From NCBI GenBank assembly GCA_964057225.1, contig OZ059894.1, positions 16,120,001 to 16,184,000 of the forward strand: a DNA stretch of 64,000 nt, read 5' to 3'. The DNA comes from Auanema rhodensis. Its lineage: Eukaryota; Animalia; Nematoda. The notes below the pieces were generated by a model. That model had not been told where the DNA came from, did not search any database, and worked only from the letters and a program-made list of their open reading frames with translations. This document shows, in pieces, positions 54,324 through 64,000 of the stretch. A program made the position numbers and the translations under genes. Numbering within the stretch: the first letter of the stretch is position 1; each line of letters opens with the position of its first letter.

Positions 54324-56843
54324 CGATTACCCTTTGATTTTTGGCTGAAATGAGAATAAATTAAATTTAAAAAATTAAATCATTAAAATTAGAGTTATTA
54401 AAGAGAAACAAGAATATGAGAAGAAAATTTATAAATAATATTATAATAAGTTTGAATTAAATATTTTCATAACTGGTCTGTAATAGGTCCAGATTTTGAT
54501 GATGACGATTTGTGGACAATGGTAATGATGTAGATGATGATATAGAAAGTAGATTATATTTATCATAAAATATGATTTCAAGTTATTTTCTGTTTCAATG
54601 ATTCGATAAAACTATAAGTAATGGTAAGAAGAAATGAGATGCTCTCATGAAACTAGATTGGTCACGACATCAGATGAAACATGGTTTGATGAAGATGGTA
54701 CTCAATTCTCTCTTTTCTTTTCCCTTTTTTGCTATGTTAATAATATTTTTCTTCTCAACCTCCTTTACTTTTCTCTCCCTCTCACTCATATTCCTTCTAC
54801 TAACACTCTTTGAGCAAAAGAAAAATCACTATATGTTCAATAGTCATCTTTGCTTTTCAAATTTTGCAAAGTGGACATGTCTGCGCATTGTCCAACTTAT
54901 GCTTGACTTGGCGACTCAACACCAGCCCAACATCTAAAATTTCAAAAAGATAGACTTGAAACATATAGATTATAACATCAATAACATCTTCAATATTTGA
55001 GCTTTTCATGAAAATTCTGAGAAAAAAGAAGAACCATACAATTTAATATATTAATAGTTTTAAAATATTGTATAAAATATTCTTCATTTCAAATGAAAAA
55101 TGAAATAAATAATATAAATTGAATATTTACATCTAGATATGTACTCATTTAGTCAGAGTATTTACGATAATCCCTTAATAGTGGAACGGCTAGCTAGCGG
55201 ATTGTCCGAATGATCATTTCTCTTATTAGACTTGTGTATCAAAATAAAATAAAGAATTTTAAGGAATCCAATACAGTTCATGGAAAATCTCCCCAATCTA
55301 TGAAATGAATGATACGTGATCATGTATAATCTTGAAAATTTCAGAAAAAAAAGATGAATAAAACAGTAAATATTATCTTTAAAAAAGAAGAAAATGTCTC
55401 AAATTTGTTTTAAAAAAAAATTTAAATTACAGTTCATACTGTAATTAGAAGACAGTTAATTTATTAAACTAAAATCTAAAAAAACAAGAATTACAAAAAT
55501 ATTGTAAAGACAATTTGAATAGGATTTCAATTAGTATAGAGGGAGCTTCAGTTGACCGATGTATATCTGAGGGTCTGTGTGTAGTAGTAGTAGTCAATTT
55601 CTGACCATAACGTTCATCTACCTCCCATAGCATATGCAAATATTTGAAGGAGCTTGGGCTCCCGCCCTTAGCTCAGACGCCACCAAGCTAGCGCAGTCAG
55701 CCAGTCAGTTAACTTATACCATGAGAGGAAAAGAAAGAGAAAAGGGATGCGTTTTACGTAAAACCTCAAGATAGAGACTGAAAGGGATAAGAAAAGGCAA
55801 TAGATGTAGAACGGTTAAATAATCGGAGGGAACGGAAGGAGCTATAGTCGAAGAGATGCTTAGCTATGACAGGCTGCTATAAGAAAAATTGAAAATACAG
55901 AAGATGAAAGAGTACGAACAACAGAGCTAACTGAAGACTTGAAAAGGAATGTGTACATGAGAGATAGCAGATGCTTAAACGATTCAATAAATTAAATAAT
56001 CGCAACGGAACCACAAAATCTTCAGAAATTACGAGATGATTAGCCTGAAAATAAATATTTATTATTCAATATAAATATATAACATGATACATGAAATATG
56101 AAATATGCAAAATACTATGTCAAATATATTCTTGCTAATGCATATGTTATAAAATATATTTTGAAGAAAAAATATAAAAATATTATAAACTTATAACTAT
56201 GATACGAAGTGTGAGAAGTTCACGTCAGCTCCACGTGAAATATTTTGAATTACTTGAAAACATTGCTCATTTCATTCTTAGCGGATAAAAAAATTGGTTG
56301 TGTTTCTTATTCTTACTATAATTTGTACTTTTTATTTTACTATATTACATATTACATATTATAAATTTTTTTTTTCATTTTATATTTTTTTTCTAAAATC
56401 AAACTACAAACATATTTAATAACTATAATTATATATAATTTTTAATATTTTATTTTATAAAAAATATAATTATTATGATATTATATTATTTTGACATAAC
56501 ATTTCTTATGTGTTAATAATGAAATACATCATATTCAACTTCAAACATTACCATCAAAATTATAAATTAAAAAATTAAACTAAAATAATGACTATATATA
56601 AATAATAATTTCATCATGTACTCCATACAAATTATATTTTTTTTTGTTATAGAAATATTTTTTTATTAAATAACAACACATGCCAATTTATATTTTATTT
56701 TTCGTTTTATTGATAATTTAAAAAATGAAATTCAATTTTATCTGAAAAAAATCTAATGATTCTCAATACTGATCTTGATCATCATGATGTCTTGAAAATT
56801 AGTAAGCAACCATAGCACATGTTGGCTAAAGATTCGATTGTGT

Positions 56844-57141
56844 CTACGTGCTATTCTGCTCATTTTTTCGGGCACAGCCCTCGTTATTGCCTTGAAAACA
56901 GACTGAGGACTAAAATTTGTAAAACAAAAATATATAGTTAAGAAATGAAAATTAGTTGATGTTAAAATTGTCTATTCAATTACGAAGAGTTTCCGTTTTA
57001 GAATGGTGTTTCTATATTTACTTTGAGCGTTGCTTTATCATTGTCAGCGAAGCGTTCTGAAGTTACCAAACTAATTTCTTCTTTTTCATCTTCTTCAATT
57101 CTTCTTATATTATACATATAGCTAATGTCTTCAAACGCCAT
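56844..57141 (-). CDS. Possible 61-aa two-exon orphan gene
   Basis: TTCAG immediately before ATG 57141; phase-0 GT-AG intron 57021-56910; no homology recognised. Confidence 0.35.
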
Positions 57142-59625
57142 CTGAAGAATCGGAATATTATTGTTAAGATGAGAATACATTCTATTTGCATACGATAAGA
57201 AGGAATCATCATCATCCACTTGACTTATTTATGATCTGATGAAGCTTTTATGAAATAGAAAGCTAAAAGGTTAAGTGATTTGGGCATGAACTTTAATATT
57301 TTACTATGTATAATCTCAACAAAAATTTTAAGAAAGAAAGTGAATTAATTGTTGAGATCAAATTATTTTCAAACTGATGTATGAAATATACTAATTAAGG
57401 GCAATATCTACAGATTAATCGGATTTTTCAACTTCTGCGATAGATATTTCAAAGAAAAAATGTGCTCATATGAAGCTTTTTTTTCCATTTTGTACCTAAA
57501 TATATCAAAAGAGTGATTATTTCTTAAAAGCATGAGAAAATTCAAAGAAAGTATGTGCCATTGAGTTTAATGAAATCTTTTTTTTCGCTTTCATTTAATT
57601 ATCTTACAAGTCTTTTAACACCTTTCCCCATTTATTCACTCATTCTCTCAAATTTCAATTTTCTCTCATTGCTCCTTAATCTTTTTTTTTTTGAAATTTA
57701 AGTATGCGATAGATCTTTCTATACTTATTGCAGTTTTCTTTTATTCCGCTATGAGAACATATGTATTCTTCGAAATGACTTTTTGACAATTCTACCAAAA
57801 TCTAAAAGCAATTCGATTCGGAAGCACTAATGTCGAAAGAAGAAATATCTTCGAAATGAAGAATGGCCAACATCGAGAACAAGCGACGTGACTGTGAGCG
57901 AGATAGGGCTTGGAAAGCCGAATCGCCCCAAGGCCAGAGAGCCGGCAGCCTGCCATTCGCCTACGTGCACAACGACATTTTTCCTAACCCGTGCTGGAAA
58001 ATGAAAGAAGAGGAGGAATAGAAGTATGAAGAGCTGATTTTAGACGGCAATTGCCTTTTCTCTCATTCTATTTTTCTTTCTTTTATGGTCTCATCTCCCT
58101 CCCAAGCTGAAATTGAAAATTTTTATTTTTCACCAATTTTTCGGAAACATATACACTAGAAGCTTAAGTTTCTATCGTTTCATATCTTTCAAGTCTACTT
58201 CCTGTCTATCTATGTAACTGTGTGAAATCGTTCATAGATTTAGAATTTTTTTCCTCGTTAAAACCTGAATTATGATATACCTTGTTGACGTCAATTTTCA
58301 AAATTTGTAAAACTTATTGTGAAATTTCAAAACTTTTCATCAAAAAGAATATTCTATTATACAAATTAAATGTTAATCTATATTTCATTCCTGCGACCCC
58401 ACTATATATGACAATTAACTGGCAGTGTGCTACATTTTGAACGACGAACTTGCCCTTAATACAAAGATCACATTCGGAGCTTTTAGATCAACTATGCTTC
58501 CCACATCACATCTGTTGCTGGGATTTCCAGAGATACTTGATCTGTGTTCTGGTCATTTGCAGCCAGAGATTCGTTCCATCTCTTACACTAATTCTCCATT
58601 TTTTTATTTGTACTATTTGCATCTTTCTTATTTGTTTCTTTTTATTTAAAATAGTTGTTTTTTTTTATTTCACACTTTCATTATTTTTTTAAAAAATTGA
58701 AATTCTTAGATAAGATTTTACTTATAACCCACAGAAATTTTTTACTTGGGTTATAAGTCCTACGTGCTTTCCAGCAAAATCAGAGATATCGCTGAAGAGA
58801 AAGGAAAAACTTAGATTCAGAGAGGTGTTCGCTTCGTTCCTTGTTTTGAAAGTAGAATTAAGATCGATATATATATATGTACATCTACATAATAAATATG
58901 TTATCTCTTTCTCATTCTCTCTTCATCATATCTTTAGATATTACTATGCCTATATCTAGTTTTTTACTTCACTAATGTAAAAGAAATGACCAAGAGAATC
59001 ATATATTTTGTGGAAACTTGTCATGTTTCTCCTCTGTTCATCAGCTGGCAAGCTATAATCAATCGTTTCACCAAGCACCACTATGTATGTATGTATGTTC
59101 TATAATCCAAGAATGTTTTTTTTTTCAAACCTTTTGATTATTTGCTATTCTTTTCCCTTGTAATTAATCAGGAATATATCATTTAAAGATACCATTGTAT
59201 ACTTTTTATATTTTTCCGCCAAACGTCATTTACTTCCAAATCAATTGAAAAAAAGATGAATTCATTCTAGTTTTCTTTAAACTTCTTCAACTCGCTTCAA
59301 ATGCATGCTCAGATATTTCTTTCTGCTATAATTCAAGTCTGTACTACACCTACTTTAAAAAAAAACTGTTGCTTCTCATGACAAACTACGTTTTCTGCGC
59401 ATTTTCATAGAAAATATACGTGTCATAGTTGCCTTCTGTTTCTCTTGTGTTGACGATTCTTCTGGAGTCTTAGGCAAATACATCTATCCACGTGCCATTG
59501 TTATTCCTCATTTCGTGTATTCTACAGCAACGATCTTCTTAATATTTCAAATTTTCTCTAGATTATAGATCACGTAGGCATAAAGGGTTGTGTGGTCTTC
59601 CATGTCTTATCGTTGATAAGAAATC

Positions 59626-63147
<3,522 letters not shown>

Positions 63148-64000
63148 TGTTGTGCAATTCGTGTACATTAAACAACTTTTTCTATGATTTTCTAGGAATA
63201 ATCATAATCGTCTAACATAGTCTGATGGTTTTGAATATTACAATACCGATTAGATATATAGTATTCCTTGAACAGGTGTGCCATATGAGGTTAATATCTT
63301 GTTTCGTTCTCCTATCCTTAAACATATTTCAAAAATACCGTAATGGTTAAGAACATTTATATATTTTTTTCGTTAAAAACCTGTAGAAAGAGGCCGTGAT
63401 TGTATATAAGCCCAAGAGTTTTTTTTATCAATAATCTGTATCTTTATTCATTAAACGGTTAATTTTTCTTGTGACAAAACGAGAAACAAAGGGTAAATTG
63501 AGGTTGTCTTCGTAACGTTTCTTTGGTTTTTTTTGTTCTCAATTGTTCTTATTCCTTCATCTATCAGTCGTTTTTTTTTTGTGTTTCATTGTTTTAAAAG
63601 CTCAATATGTATAGTTTATAGAATTTATAGAGTAAATCATAATTTATATTTTGTATTTTCTTGTTTTTTTTTATATTTAAGCTTCTAAGTTGCAAACTAA
63701 AATCTTTAGATATTTGATCGACTAGTAGTTCTGTTCAAGCAAATGATATTCATTCTTGAAGCAAGATCCAGCAGCAAAACCTCTTAGATTTCTTTTGGTT
63801 TTGAGCATTTGGAAGATTTTAATATAAAAAAAATTAGAATAGGCCCTGATAGTAAGAGGGTTCTTGAAGCTTCTCTAACGAAGGCAAAAAAATATAAATC
63901 TATGGGCTTTAATTTACAAGAGATCACACATCTATCGAAAAAAAATGTTTTCTCTTCTTCTTTTAAGTTTTTACTTTCGGTTAGTTGGTAACTACGTAGT

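Overview
AT-rich eukaryotic DNA with many 45-55 nt introns and TTTTCAG-type acceptors, consistent with a rhabditid (clade V-like) nematode. Gene models were spliced by hand; the ORF track mostly captures exon fragments. Genes in order: N-myristoylated globin (+), F-box gene (-), atfs-1 (+), THAP gene (+), pacs-1 (+), small single-pass TM gene (+), GH20 hexosaminidase (-), ELO elongase (+), about 8.7 kb of noncoding DNA, lipin (+), iRhom (+), mariner fossil (-), BRICHOS-type protein with a Q/N-rich tail (-), egl-9 (+). The most striking locus is atfs-1. Its leader has the ATF4/ATF5-type layout: a short uORF1 plus an out-of-frame uORF2 overlapping the mitochondrial targeting sequence. One of its introns holds a C/D snoRNA whose guide matches U6 snRNA at the Am53-equivalent position. 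Other highlights: a dispersed paired-ACGTG motif with 11-12 bp spacing, a run of pre-miRNA-like hairpins upstream of lipin, an HRE cluster at egl-9, and an apparently degenerate egl-9 MYND finger. Orthology calls rest on remembered motifs, not database searches.
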